64,000 nucleotides of DNA from the NCBI GenBank assembly GCA_951406725.2, contig OX597822.1, positions 100,998,001 to 101,062,000 on the forward strand. The letters are read 5' to 3'. The position numbers were made by a program, and so were the translations under genes. The stretch's first letter is position 1; each line of letters opens with the position of its first letter. Below, piece after piece: positions 12,333 to 25,051 of this stretch. This DNA is from Octopus vulgaris (lineage: Eukaryota). The notes under the pieces are model-generated. The model saw only the letters and a list, made by a program, of their open reading frames with translations. It searched no databases and was not told the DNA's origin.

Positions 12333-12730
12333 CTAGCAGTATCGCCCGGCGTTGCTCGGGTTTGTAAGGGAAATAACTATATAAGCATTTTTAGAGAGTT
12401 ATAGCCAAAAAATAGCAAAAACATGCATTAAAAATGGAAAAAAAATGATGGTAAATTTTTTAAAAAATCGTTGACTCATCGTAGACATTTTTAGAGAGTT
12501 ACTTCCCTAATATAATAGCGAAAAAATACATTAAAATGGAAAAAATGATGGTAAATTATTTTTTAAAATCATAGACTCATCGTAGACGCGCGCTAATACC
12601 CAGAAGGGCTCGATATGAATCACGACTATAAGATACCCGGTTTTGGTTAAACTGCACCGCAAAATGTGGGAGTAGTTAGGAATCTAAATCGTAGGAGACA
12701 GACACACAATTTCACTTTTATATATAAAGA
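12333..12730 (-). mobile_element. non-autonomous Helitron (family H2)
   Basis: Reverse complement A|TCTTTATATATAAAAG...CCCGAGCAACGCCGGGCGATACTGCTAG|T; same family as 54273 and 56008. Confidence 0.88.
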
Positions 12731-13101
12731 TTTATATAACAATTAATTATCGTGTTACATACCATTGCAAGTATTTGAACCATTATATACATTCTCTACA
12801 ATTGTTCTTCTATTTTTCAATATTTTTTAAACATAACATAACACTTTACTCATTCTTTTTTTTCCTCCTTTTTCTGTTTTCTTTTTTCTTTTCTTTTTTT
12901 CCTGTCAATTTAACACACTTATTTTCTTTTTAGTAGTACTTCATCAATGGTTCAATTTCTATTAAACCCACTTCTCACTTTGAGTCTTCAACCACCAGGG
13001 ACGTTGTCGAGACATAAGGCATGTCCTAGGCATTTTTAGACCTGGACGAGTCTGTTCTTGTTTGAAAACTTTTTCTTCCAAAGGAGAGGAGACAAGGTCA
13101 G

Positions 13102-13133
<32 letters not shown>

Positions 13134-13314
13134 AGAGAGGGGAAGAGAAAAATCGGCCCCACTGTACAGAACTTTACTTGACTCCTGAGAGGCTGAAAAA
13201 CAAAGTTGGCCATGAAGGATTTGAAACCAGAGAGCCTGATTTCAAAGCAATGTAACCGACCCTCTAACGACTCTGCCAATTAGCAGTCGAGTGTATCAAA
13301 TTAAGGAACTATTT

Positions 13315-13751
13315 GGATCTTTTCGGTTTGACCGGCAGTTTTTTTAAATAATTTCCACGTAACTAAACACTTTTAAACTTCGTATACTGGTAGAATGTGT
13401 TTATAAAACATCTTTTTCTCTTGGCTTTATTGAGAAAATTCTATAGTTTGTAAGATATTTGTTTTTTTTTTAAATTTCTGCAATTTCAACCAATCAATGA
13501 CGTCTATTGAAAACATTCTGTGCCGTATGAATATGTCCTTCGTTTAAGAAACAGATTGGGTTTATTTACATTTGTGAAGAAAAAAGATACCCTTCCCCCA
13601 CCCCTAACCCTAACCCTAACCCTAATTAACCCTAACTAACCCTAACCCTAAAACAGATAGAAATGCAATAGATCGATACTAGGGTCATAATTATGGGTGA
13701 CAATTTCATATGACACCCCTAGAAAAACTGCCGTTCAAACCGAAAAGATCG
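13315..13751 (+). mobile_element. telomeric-repeat TIR element, copy 2, no visible TSD
   Basis: Same TIRs and body as 11267-11707; CCCTAA array at ~13602-13652; flanks are unrelated to each other. Confidence 0.9.
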
Positions 13752-14190
13752 CGGTTATGTAAATTTAATAAAGAAATTGGCTTTAGTGCTGACACGAAAC
13801 TCTAAGCTTAGATGAGGTGATTATTAACGAAGGAAACAGCTCTACACGTGCATGGTAATTACTTATGTGATTATATAAATATGGAAGGCATAATCACGCT
13901 CAGTAGAATTTGAACTCCTGTTCTACGAGATGATATTTTGTAAGTAAATATTCTTTTTCTGTTATAGGTAGAACTAAACCCTTCAAGGCGGGGTCCCAGC
14001 ATCGGAGCAGTCCAATGACTAAAAGAAGCTAAAAATAAGAGATAAAAGAAAACAAAGAAAGATAAACACATTCTTTAAAAAATGTGGAGGAAGACAAAAA
14101 AAAAATAATAAAATCAATAAATAAAGTAAAAAAATAACAAAAAAATGTATAAACAAACAGTAGCAGCAATATAAGATTTAATGCTACGAT

Positions 14191-14368
14191 TGGTAATACT
14201 TCCTCTTTACCGAGACAAAACTATTTATTACTTTGCGTTTGTAAACGACAATCCGACACCTTATAATGATGTGATGTTATCTTATTTTCTCGTAATATTT
14301 GTGTGACCTGCTTTTTTTTTATGTTTCATTTTTGGTTTTTATCTCTTAAACACTAACAGAAGAGCATA
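14191..14368 (-). repeat. right arm of the inverted duplication (partner 11886-12059)
   Basis: TGGTAATACTTCCTC...AGAAGAGCATA is the reverse complement of 11886-12059. Confidence 0.9.
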
Positions 14369-14640
14369 AAAGACTAAGACTGCGTTGTCTGATATCTCTG
14401 TGAAAGCATAAAAACGTATACAATGGCGGGGAGGGACATTTTTTCTGAACACTTACGTACTGCTAGCTTTCCGGTTGCCCAATTTACTTTACGCACGCAC
14501 ACACACACACACACATACACACACACACACACACATCATATATATATTATGACTAAACCATTTGTAACCTGAGTATTGTCTCCATAGAATGGCAATGGAT
14601 CTCGCATACGCACACTTTACGTGCGCCATCACGTACGTTC

Positions 14641-14687
<47 letters not shown>

Positions 14688-14720
14688 AACAGACGCACAC
14701 AGCTGTGTGACCATGTTTCT

Positions 14721-14775
<55 letters not shown>

Positions 14776-14777
<2 letters not shown>

Positions 14778-14911
14778 GTACATTAAAGGCCTCTAAAAAG
14801 AAGAAGCGAGTACTAGATACACAAAAATTGGATAAATTCAATGAAATGAATTTATCCAATTTTTGTGTATCTAGTACTCGCTTCTTCTTTTAGAGGCCTT
14901 TTAATGTACTT
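14776..14911. repeat. near-perfect palindrome (~65 bp arms, 6 nt loop) embedded in (TA)n
   Basis: AAGTACATTAAAGGCCTCTAAAAAGAAGAAGCGAGTACTAGATACACAAAAATTGGATAAATTCA, loop ATGAAA, then its reverse complement. Confidence 0.92.
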
Positions 14912-15080
14912 ATATATGAATAACATATAGCCTAATGGCTAACATGTCTTTTGTGCTAGATCACCGGTAATAATAATTTATTTTATTGCCTTTTTACTAT
15001 GTTTACATATATATATATATATATATATGAAAAAACAAGTCAAGATAGAAAATGCTAAAATAATTTTATAAAGAACATTT

Positions 15081-15118
15081 CAGTACCGGTTTCGGTCATT
15101 TCGAGACCTTTTCAACTG
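15081..15118 (-). ncRNA. minimal type I hammerhead ribozyme-like motif, U3-A8 variant
   Basis: Minus strand CAG-UUGAAAA-GGUC(ucgaaau)GACC-GAA-ACCGGU-A-CUG: stem I CAG/CUG, stem II GGUC/GACC, palindromic stem III ACCGGU, GUA triplet. Confidence 0.6.
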
Positions 15119-15235
15119 TAATGATTAAATAATTAAATTTAGAAATATATATATAATTGCTTTGGCTACAGCTTGCCAAGAATTAAATTTCAATATATGG
15201 CCCTCAGCTTATACATAAACCTAAACCTACATGCA

Positions 15236-15950
15236 TACGAAGTGCGTTAAAAAATATCCGACTTTATTTTTTCCCATCAAAACTTATGCCGCATATGTCA
15301 TAATCTTTTGGGTGGAAGGTGACGCCACCCTTTCTGCGTATGTTTGAAAATTTTCGCACCACTGGGCCGCAGCAGTTTCCGACTGTTACGCCTAAAAGAC
15401 AGATGTGTAGTGCGCCTCGTATAATTTTCGCTTCATCGAACTCATCCAACGGAGATATTGCATCAAGTTTTAGCCAAAAGCATGGTGACAGTCAAACTCA
15501 AACCATCCAAAAGATTCAGCAGGCTTTTGGCGATGATGCCACGGGACAAACTCAGATGAGGGAATGGTAGAACCGCTTCAAACATGGCTGCACTTCATTG
15601 GGGAGCAAGGCTCACTCAAACAGTCCTTGAAGCTGAAATGAGGAGCTGATTGAAAAGGTTCGGCGAATAGCCATTGAAGACCATTGTGTAACAATTCAGG
15701 AGTTGCTCATGAAGTGAGAATAAGCACAGTATCAGTGGATTTCTATTTTAACGGAGAATTTGTGCATGCGAAGAGTGTCGGCGAAATTCTTCCCCAAAGT
15801 GCTGGCAGACCAGCAGAAGCAACTTCGCTCGGGACATGCTAGATTGTGTAAACCAGACTTCATGAAGACCCTCATCACCGGTGATGAGACATGGGTTTAT
15901 GGTCTCTACTCGATGCCGACGAAAAGCCGACGAGCGCACTAGACATCTGT
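15236..15950 (+). mobile_element. mariner element, 5' half, decayed
   Basis: TA-CGAAG end; fragments IQKIQQAFGDDA...REW*NRFKHG, MRRVSAKFFPKVL (WVP-like) and ITGDETWVYG (first catalytic D). Confidence 0.85.
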
Positions 15951-16009
15951 ACACTAGGTTTAGCAGCTGGGCGCGGACCTGAAGGGTAGCCTAGTATTGT
16001 CAGAAGAGG

Positions 16010-16480
16010 TGGCGGTAGCATCGCTCCGATGACACATGTTCTTACTATTCAGGAATGTAAAAACAATTATCGTGAATAAACTTAGAAAACTCCGGGAAGA
16101 CAACTTGTCATTTTCACCAGTTGAAGGAAACTAAATATCAGAACTTGACTGATGAGGTACTTGTCAAGGCGTTGCATGCAGCCTCAGTTCCTACTGAAGT
16201 CAACTGTCGCAGTTTTCCAGCTAGATCGGTGCGCTATAAAATGTAAAAGATTGTTTTGAAACCCAGACAAAAGAAGAAAACCACCAAGGATGACTGCTGA
16301 AACTAGCTGAAGGTGGCGACTGCAGATAGAACCTTTCTACAGGTGAAGGCTAATTCAGTCTTTGCTGTCAAACTCAGGAGAAGCGTACGGATTAAGAAGC
16401 GAAACACTATTGACCTGTTTTAAGTGCTGAAGATACGGAGGGTTTCCGATATTGTGATGAGTTCGGAAGAGCATGCAATA
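16010..16480 (+). mobile_element. possible decayed LINE ORF1 fragment
   Basis: LTCFKC*RYG at ~16410-16440 resembles a CCHC knuckle (CFKCQRFGH); the rest is heavily disrupted. Confidence 0.3.
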
Positions 16481-17397
16481 CCTCTGGGTATCCCCTATAG
16501 TTTCTGCGTAGAACAAAGTATTCACTATATTTATTTCATCATCCCCTAGATACTGTAATTTTCTCTTCACACGCTCTTAATAGAATTTATAGGAAAAAGA
16601 TCGCACCTTACAAGCTTTAAGAAACCTTACAAAGTTTTGTTAAGAAACCAGAACTCCAGATACTTTTAGATTTTCAGCTTTTACGCTGTATGTCTCACAG
16701 CTCATGTAAAACAGTTGAAGTTGTATGCAGAGTAAATAAATGCAGAGTTGTTTTGAATTGCTCTTTATAGTAACGAGATTCTTTTTTAAAAAGGGCATTA
16801 AGGTGTAAGTTCTTTTGTGTGGAAGTGTACAAGAAATTTCTTCTCGTTTAAATAAAAAACTGTGCAGATGTAACCCTAAATTCTAAATTGGATAACTACA
16901 TTGTCATTTTTTTGTTTTGTATCAGATAAGTTTTCAAAGAAAGAAGAATGTCTGCTGATGTGTATATTAAAAATGAAATAAAGGTATACATACAGACACA
17001 CGGACACACACAACCAACACGCATCAACGAATATGCAGACACGTTAGTTTGTATTATGTAAATAGACACATATTCTTTATTAGGAAATTAGATGACTCAG
17101 CAACTAAAAAAGTCTGTGCAACATAGCAGCATCGGTTAACAGAATTCTAACATCTCTCGTGTTGAAGACTCCACAGAGTCTCGTATTAATACGAAACCTA
17201 GAGTAATACCCGCCATATGAGAGGTAACTTTGGAAGGCATACATATGCTAAATATAATTTAACATTTTGTAAATTTCTTAGTACCACTACAAAAGGATAA
17301 AATGAATACGAACTTTCATAAAAATATTGCCTTCAAATGAAATTAAAACAGATTTCTCATTTGTACATTTGCGATAAATATATGTTATTATCAACAT

Positions 17398-17552
17398 GGG
17401 CACATGCGTGGCTGTGTGGTAGGAAGCATCATTACCAACCACATCATTCCTCGTTCTTCGTGGCACCTTGGGCAAGTGTCTTCTGTTATAGCCTCGGGTC
17501 GACTAAAGCTTTGTGAGTGGATTCGGTTGACGGAAACTGAGAATAGCTGGTC

Positions 17553-17556
<4 letters not shown>
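17398..17556 (+). mobile_element. SINE family A, 5' half
   Basis: GTGGCTGTGTGGTAGGAAGC...GGCACCTTGGGCAAGTGTC...GGAAACTGA, then (TA)n. Confidence 0.8.
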
Positions 17557-17595
<39 letters not shown>

Positions 17596-17807
17596 TAAAT
17601 AAATGGTACAACGAAGTACCGGTATTTACTGGAAAATAGCGAACGTAATAAATACGACGCTAATGTATAGCTTCACTGCGTATGTACTAGTAAAGATAAA
17701 TATATAAGTTCAGCAAAATTTAGATTCAGACGAAAATGGTACTTAAGTTAAAGGTACCAGAATTTTGTATGGTATTATCCATATAAATCAAATGGGGTGA
17801 TTATAAT

Positions 17808-18016
17808 AAAAATAAGCAACAAGTATATCCGAGGTAGAGTGGTACAATTGTTTCATGCTACTTCATTTTATTAAACACTCTAAGTATTACATCAGTTTTA
17901 ATACTGATGTAATGCTCGACATTTTAAAACTGATGTGATACTTACAGTGTTTAATAAAATGAAGTAGCATGAAACGATTGTACCAGATTACCTCGGATAT
18001 ACTTGTTGCTTATTTT
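17808..18016. repeat. fold-back hairpin (~90 bp arms) between (TA)n and (CA)n
   Basis: AAAATAAGCAACAAGTATATCCGAGGTA...TACATCAGTTTTA is inverted at TAAAACTGATGTG...TACCTCGGATATACTTGTTGCTTATTTT. Confidence 0.88.
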
Positions 18017-18031
18017 GATTACACACACACA

Positions 18032-18127
<96 letters not shown>

Positions 18128-18562
18128 GTTAGCAGTTGTAGTAACCGACTAAGGAATAAAATATCCATATGTACTATCAATATCCGTTATCCCCTGGCGA
18201 AGGTGTGCAGGAACACTATATATGTTGAGCGCAGGTGACAATAGGATAAACAAAAGTTTATCAGGAACCAATGCAAATAATTAGAAAATGGAGAAAAACA
18301 TAGATTAACCAGCACATCGATAAGACCATATTTAAATTTTTTTTTAATTAATACAAAGCAAGGATAAGAAAGCTAATAGCTGTTTCTGATCAAAATTCCA
18401 AGAATGCAGTCTATACATAAATGCGAGAATAAAATTGTACCCAAAATCTCCTGATTGCAAACCGAACTTCTTTGGTCATTCAGATACATGCATACATACA
18501 TACATGCATACATACATACATACATACATACATACATACATACATACATACATACATACATA

Positions 18563-19160
18563 CATGATGGCTGCCCCCTCGTTATCGAGTATGGCCATTG
18601 CACGAAGCTTAACTGTTATTGGTGCTGTGATCGAATGTGACTTTTTAGCCCAGCTAAAGATCTACAATGTCTTGTACAGAATTGGCAGCTAAAATCTTTA
18701 CCAGCAATGGCCGGCTGTAGTTGTAATTGGGCTTCATGTACCTTTGCATGTCGTTTAAGTCCTCCTGCCGAATTACACTCTCTTCCACATGCCTGACAGA
18801 TATGATTAGTATGGTGTGTAACACCACCACCAGTGGCCAGGTTGTCACTCATCTGTCTCGCTGTATGACTACGAAGATGACCCTTGAGTCCAGCTTTACT
18901 GAGGCAGGGCCTTGCACAGGCACTGCATGTCAGCGTCATAGGAAGACTCTTCCCATCTGGAAGTGTAACAGCGATGTCCTTCCTGACATCCCTCCTTACT
19001 TTCACATGCACAACTCGATATTTCTCAAAAGTTGCTGTCCCCTCGTGCACAATCCTTCTCCACCTGCTACAATCAATAGCTATGCCTTCCCATGTGTCAG
19101 GAGAGATGCAAGCATCTCTTAAGGAAGCCTTCAGCAAGTCCTTATACCTCTTTTTTTTTG
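18563..19160 (-). mobile_element. RTE-clade LINE 3' end with three C-terminal C2H2 zinc fingers
   Basis: KKRYKDLLKASL...WE.IA.D.SRWR (RTE C-terminus), then CSAC...GLKGHLRSH, CQAC...GLKRHAKVH, CQFC...GLKSHIRSQH; short 3' UTR ending in (ATGT)n. Confidence 0.85.
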
Positions 19161-19364
19161 TTGATACATATATACATACATACATACACACATACATACA
19201 TACATACATACATACATACGTACATACATACATACATACATACATACATACATACTTATATTTATACCTATATCCATACATGCTTCCATACATGCATACA
19301 TATATGCATAAATACTTACATACATATATACATACTTACATACATAATTACAAACATCTGGTAG

Positions 19365-19700
19365 AACATTTCCATCAAACATAACAAGCCTAATATAGTC
19401 ATTTGAGGGTAGAAAAAATTGAAAAGGAAAACCTGGCGTAGTCAGAGCTTAGCTACCATGAGATTTCTATTATAACCAGCGAGAAGGAAAATATCGATGG
19501 AGACCTACTCCGAAAGCTGCAGATCATCTACCCTGATTGTAAATTCCCCTTTATACCGATAATTATTAGTGCACTCGGATATGTTAGAAAACGCCTAAGC
19601 CCCAAACTGAAGAAGCCAAAATTTTCAAGGAAACACAGAGACCAGTTAACATGAACCTTACAGATACATTATGTAGGTTTGATAGTAAAAATATGCAAAT
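19365..19700 (+). mobile_element. R4/Dong-like LINE restriction-like endonuclease fragment
   Basis: KHNKPNIVI...EKENIDGDLLRKLQIIYPDCKFPFIPIIISALGYV resembles the RLE motif HNRPDIV...K...Y..L...IPIIIGALG. Confidence 0.65.
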
Positions 19701-19841
19701 GTTTTCCAGAATTCAGTTTGTAGCAATTAGTGTTGCTGTTGTCCAAATCCCACCGATGACGTTTTCTTTCTTAAAAACCAGCTCCCACCCAGGAAAGAAT
19801 AAAATATATAAAAAAGTCATACATGCATACATACATACGTT

Positions 19842-19877
<36 letters not shown>

Positions 19878-20197
19878 TGTGTGTGTGTGTGTGTGCGCGC
19901 GTATATGATAATAAAAAATGAATATCAAGGCCTCCGCCGCCAAAGTAATAGTGGGTATATTATATTTTCAGTTGTCCTGTATAAATAATACTTTCAACAA
20001 GATCTCAGAATAAATAATAATTTCGAGGAAAATGAGTTCGATTAGATTATGTGTTATGAACCTGATTTGTATAGGGGTGTATATCATGCGAGTCACATAT
20101 ATAAATGTATATAATCTCTCTCTCAGTCTCTCCTCTCGCTCTCTCTCTCTATGTATGTATGTATGTATGTATGTATGTATGTATGTATGTATGTATG

Positions 20198-20226
<29 letters not shown>

Positions 20227-20228
<2 letters not shown>

Positions 20229-20473
20229 GCATAGATTGACATATTTTGGTCATATTATGCAGAGAAAATCCCTGGAGAAGGACATCATGCTCGGAATGGT
20301 CAGTGGCAAGAGAGGAAGAGGCCGACCAAGAACCCGCTGGCTTGACACCATCAAAAGTGACACGGGAATGGCCATAGCCAATCTGAAAGAAGCGACCCAG
20401 GATAGAACTGGCTGGAGGACACTGATCCATCGGTGTAACCGAGAGTCGACTTCGACTGAGCGGATAGATAGAT
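20227..20473 (+). mobile_element. RTE (BovB-like) LINE 3' end inside a (TATG)n array
   Basis: KHRLTYFGHIMQRKSLEKDIMLGMVSGKRGRGRPRTRWLDTIK...QDRTGWR; tail GAGTCGACTTCGACTGA, then (GATA)n. Confidence 0.9.
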
Positions 20474-20511
20474 AGTATGTATGTATGTATGTATGTATGT
20501 ATGTATGTCTG

Positions 20512-20577
<66 letters not shown>

Positions 20578-22194
20578 ACTAGGCTTGAATGAGATTACAG
20601 TTTTGGCGACGATGAGAATACAATGCAACTTCGATGACAGAACATGAACTATCGCTCGCTTGTGGCTCTACAAAACTTCACAGTGGCAACAAGATCTCAG
20701 AAATATTGAAATATTTTATGTATTTGTACCCAGTTCTAATCTTCAGTAATTTCATGATTAAAAACAAAAAATTACTGCAATTCTCTCATCTCAACCTATC
20801 CCATCTCATTTCTACCCCGCGGTTGTTTATCTTATGCCACCAATGCGGTTGTTTGTCTTATGAAAAAACACATAAATAGAAAACTGAAGCATCACTTCTA
20901 ATGCGAAAATCGAGATTGAGTATATTTGTATAAAATTATCAGACGAATAAATGTAACATATAAAACGACTTGTGAAGTGGGTGAGAGGCAACAGGAGAAA
21001 TCTGTTTATTTGTCTGCAAGAAGTAAACTTAGATATTGTATTATGATCTCATGAGATGTTTGTGAAAATATTTGATATTTGAATCAGTCGATTAATCAAT
21101 TAATAATTATTCTCATTAAAGTATTGAGTCGACAAGGCATTACAATATTTAATTTCGTTTCTTTTATGTTAGAGTTCAAATCTCAGCGGGGGTTTAAATT
21201 TAACTTATTTCATCGCTACCCTGGATCAATATGATAGAGTACCATTAGTATACTAAGGTCGATTGAAACGGCAATACACCTCTAATTCAAACCACCTGTC
21301 TTGTCTAATTATAAAAATAAAGCCAATCTAATTTTATTTCAATTCTCTCATTTGGAAGCTTTAAGACTTAATATTTTTATTAGGCTCAGGTATCGTTGTC
21401 CGAATTCACAGTTTGTTGGACTACCGACAAATAGGCCGGTGGTTCGTGTCCCACTATTTCCACAGAACTTAGTATTTAACAACCGCAGTGTCTTCTACCA
21501 TAGCGAAATGAAGTAAAATTTGGTGCGATTTGTGGAAACCCAACTTAGTAACCATTTCTGTTTTCGGTTGACAGATTTAATACTTCGTCCACTTTAACAC
21601 GACCATCTGTCTGTTGGGCACCTTGAGCGAGATGCATTCTACTGCAAGTATTCGCCTCAGATTCCCAGTCTGAGGAAGTATCCTATCATTCTCATGCCAG
21701 TCTTGGATATCTGAAAGCAGTCATTAGTTCTACTCTTTCTTTGAATAAGTCATTAAGTCATAAAGAGCGCGTTGACACCCGCAAACGTGTATGGTTAGGC
21801 ATCATGTACCCGGCTTTCGTCAATTATTTTTTGGGTGCTTATGTGGTTACGAGCAGACATAGACACCCTCTAGCTCTTTCACGCTTTGATCCAGCGGCAC
21901 ATCCAAAATTTGATAGTTGAAAGTGGGGAGAGAGACACCAGCACTCAGCTGGTACTCAGTTTTCAACTATGAAGTGCTTTGCTCAAGGATACAACACGAT
22001 ATTATAATCGTAGGTAAAATGCCCTTTACAGTAGCTCACATGTTTTCAATCATTGAAACTATGTCACCAAGAAAACAAAAAAAAAAAAACCCCCACCAAA
22101 CCTAAACAAACAACGAACCCAAATGAACCAAGTTGTAATTACTATAATTATGTACCAAGTTGGGTACAGTTTATGATTGTAAAGGGATAAAAGG

Positions 22195-22358
22195 CAAAGC
22201 ACCGCCTTTTATGCGAATAAATTGACTCCAGGACTTATTCTTTTCAAGCCTAGTACTTATTCCATCGGCCTCTTTTGCCTTACCGGGGATGTAAACACAC
22301 CAACATCGGTTGTCAAGCGACGGTTGGGGGACAAACACAGATACACAGACACACACAG

Positions 22359-22389
<31 letters not shown>

Positions 22390-22575
22390 AACACACACAC
22401 ACATATATATATATGACGGGCTTCTTTCAGTTTTGGTCTTCCAAATCCACTCACAAGGCTTTTGTCGGCCCGAGGCTATAGAAGACACCCAATGTTCCAC
22501 GCAGTGGGACTGAAACTGAACCTGGAACCATGTGGCTGGGAAGCAAGCTTCTTACAACACAGCCACGCCTGTGCC
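22195..22575 (-). mobile_element. SINE family A, diverged
   Basis: Homologous to 5899-6396 with an internal (CA)n. Confidence 0.85.
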
Positions 22576-22584
22576 TATATATAC

Positions 22585-22631
<47 letters not shown>

Positions 22632-23902
22632 TAGACATGTAAGTATAGATATATACACTCAAATACACACACGGACATACATGCACATATCTTCGTATGT
22701 GTGCGCGTGCATGTGTAACATTAGCTTCCTTCTTGTCGAATCAGCATAGGGCACGCAGAAGCAGAAGAAAGACTTGTACTTTATTATGGTATAGATGTCG
22801 ATAATTAAATTTTTATCATAGAAATATGATTGATTGGGAAATTCTGTGCCCGAGGGTTTGGCATTTGGTGTTTCATGTACATTAAAAATAATGAAGCACG
22901 ATTGATTAGTTAACACATAGAACGAAACTCATTCAATAAAGTCGTGATAATTTACTTTATGGCTAATGATTGTTAGATTAAACATAAGGGATATATAGCT
23001 GAATTCTGACAATCACTGTAATTCACTTGCTGTCATTAGAAGTTCCTTTCTATCGATTTGCTAATGTTTCATTGATACATCGAACGATCGCTATCAAGCG
23101 CTTACCTTCATCTGTTTACTTAATATTTCATGACGTTCTTGTCAAGTTTACGATTAACAAAGAGTTTTGCAGGTGCTGCTGAATATGATACAAATGCCTT
23201 ATGTAATTATATCAGATATAAAGTTGTCGGTAGAAATGTATTATTAATCACATTGAAGCTGGATGGCGACTGTCACTAGCTTTAAAAATATTTCTCCTCT
23301 TCATTTATAGGTGTGAATAATTTTGCGTAGTCCAAGATTTTCTGAGATATATGCGTGATAAAATAGTTGTTCCAAGATCTGATATTACTTTTGTCCTATC
23401 TGATGTGCCCGAATGTACACGTTGTAGAAATAAAATTATCAAAAAGAGATTCGTGGCGATGAACTAATTTTATTTCTAGGTCAAAGACGACACGCTTACC
23501 CAGTTAATATCCCTGAATAAAGTCCCAAAATCTTAGAAGTAAATTTTAACCTTTTCCCCCATATCAGACAAAACTAATATTTTATAAAAATTCGATGATG
23601 CTTTTAACATTTAAAAAAGAATTCGTATGACCTTTTAGCTCGGTAGGAGGGAGGAAGAAAGTGTCTCGAAATTGGGAACGTAGCCAAAATGCTTACAGAA
23701 TGGATTCTGTTAAAGACCTCACCACAGATGCCAGGGGTTGATGTTAAATCAAATGACAGATTAAGTCTGCCACTCTCATAGGCTAGGGCGCAATTTGAAC
23801 TCAGAACATGGCAAAAAACCAAAAGAATACAGCCAGGCATCTGGTCTGACGTCTTTACACTTCTACCAATCCTCTACCTTAGAATGGTACATTTTAAAAA
23901 TG

Positions 23903-24068
23903 TTCTGAGTTCAAATTCCGCCGAGGTCGACTTTGCCTTTCATCCTTTCGGGGGCGATAAATTAAGTTCCAGTTACGCATTGGGGTCGATGTAATCGACT
24001 TAATCCGTTTGTCTGTCTTTGTTTCTCTCTTCTGTGTTTAGCCCTTTGTGGGTAGTAAAGAAATAGGT
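23903..24068 (+). mobile_element. SINE family B, 5'-truncated
   Basis: TTCTGAGTTCAAATTCCGCCGAGGTCGACTTTGCC...GTAAAGAAATAG. Confidence 0.85.
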
Positions 24069-24870
24069 ATCTAATGTGTATGTATGTATGTATGTGTGTG
24101 TGATTTGTGTACGAAAGAAAGAGAGAAAGATTGAAGGGAAGAGAGTAAGATAGACAGAGGCAGAGTCCTGTCGTGCTAAATTCAATTATATGTGTCAGGA
24201 AAAATTACTTGTACCGAACTGAAGTCGAGAGTAGGAAACTTATTTCCGATTCGCTTAACACCAGTGGACTGAAACTTTACCTCTAATTGCGGGTTATAAT
24301 TACATTAAATTACTAATTATTTTTCTTCGCACTTTTACCATCTACATACATATGCGAACATATCAGAAAGTTTATCAAAGTGTTAGCAGTTATATTGATA
24401 TACTAATAGTCGGATTACATGATTGGAAATGATATATAATGATATTTATGCTAATATTAATAAAGTCGAATAATTAAGAACGAACATATCCATTAGCCTA
24501 TGATTGGAAATATCTTGTGGCTAAATATTGATTATTCAAAAGAGAAACAATTGTATTCATTAACACGGAGAATATATTACGTGAAACTGATTAGAATTTT
24601 AATTTTAATTATCAGATGTTCTCTGAAGAAACTTATAAGATTTAACTGATAATAGATTTCTTGATATATGTATCTAGAGTGAAAGCAAAGATAAACTACT
24701 TGAAATAATGCAAAGGAATTTATGTCTTTCACACTTAAGAATTAAAGAAACTGATTCCTAGATTTCTACTCCATTAACAAACACGCAATCTCGCGCGCAA
24801 ACACACAAATATATATATTTATATAAGATATTTAAAGACAGTATTTACTGCCTGTTTAATGCAGAGATGG

Positions 24871-24915
<45 letters not shown>

Positions 24916-24934
24916 AATTTAACAAATAAAACAT

Positions 24935-24988
24935 ATGCATACATACATACATACATATATGTACATACCTACATCTATATGTATATAA

Positions 24989-25051
<63 letters not shown>

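Noticed and set aside
16147-16170. Exact CTGATGAG
   Set aside because: No stem II plus GAAA downstream; a chance match.
18616-19293. Host C2H2 zinc-finger gene
   Set aside because: The N-terminus is microsatellite, and the fingers follow an RTE C-terminal motif and precede an RTE-type tail, so this is a LINE fragment.
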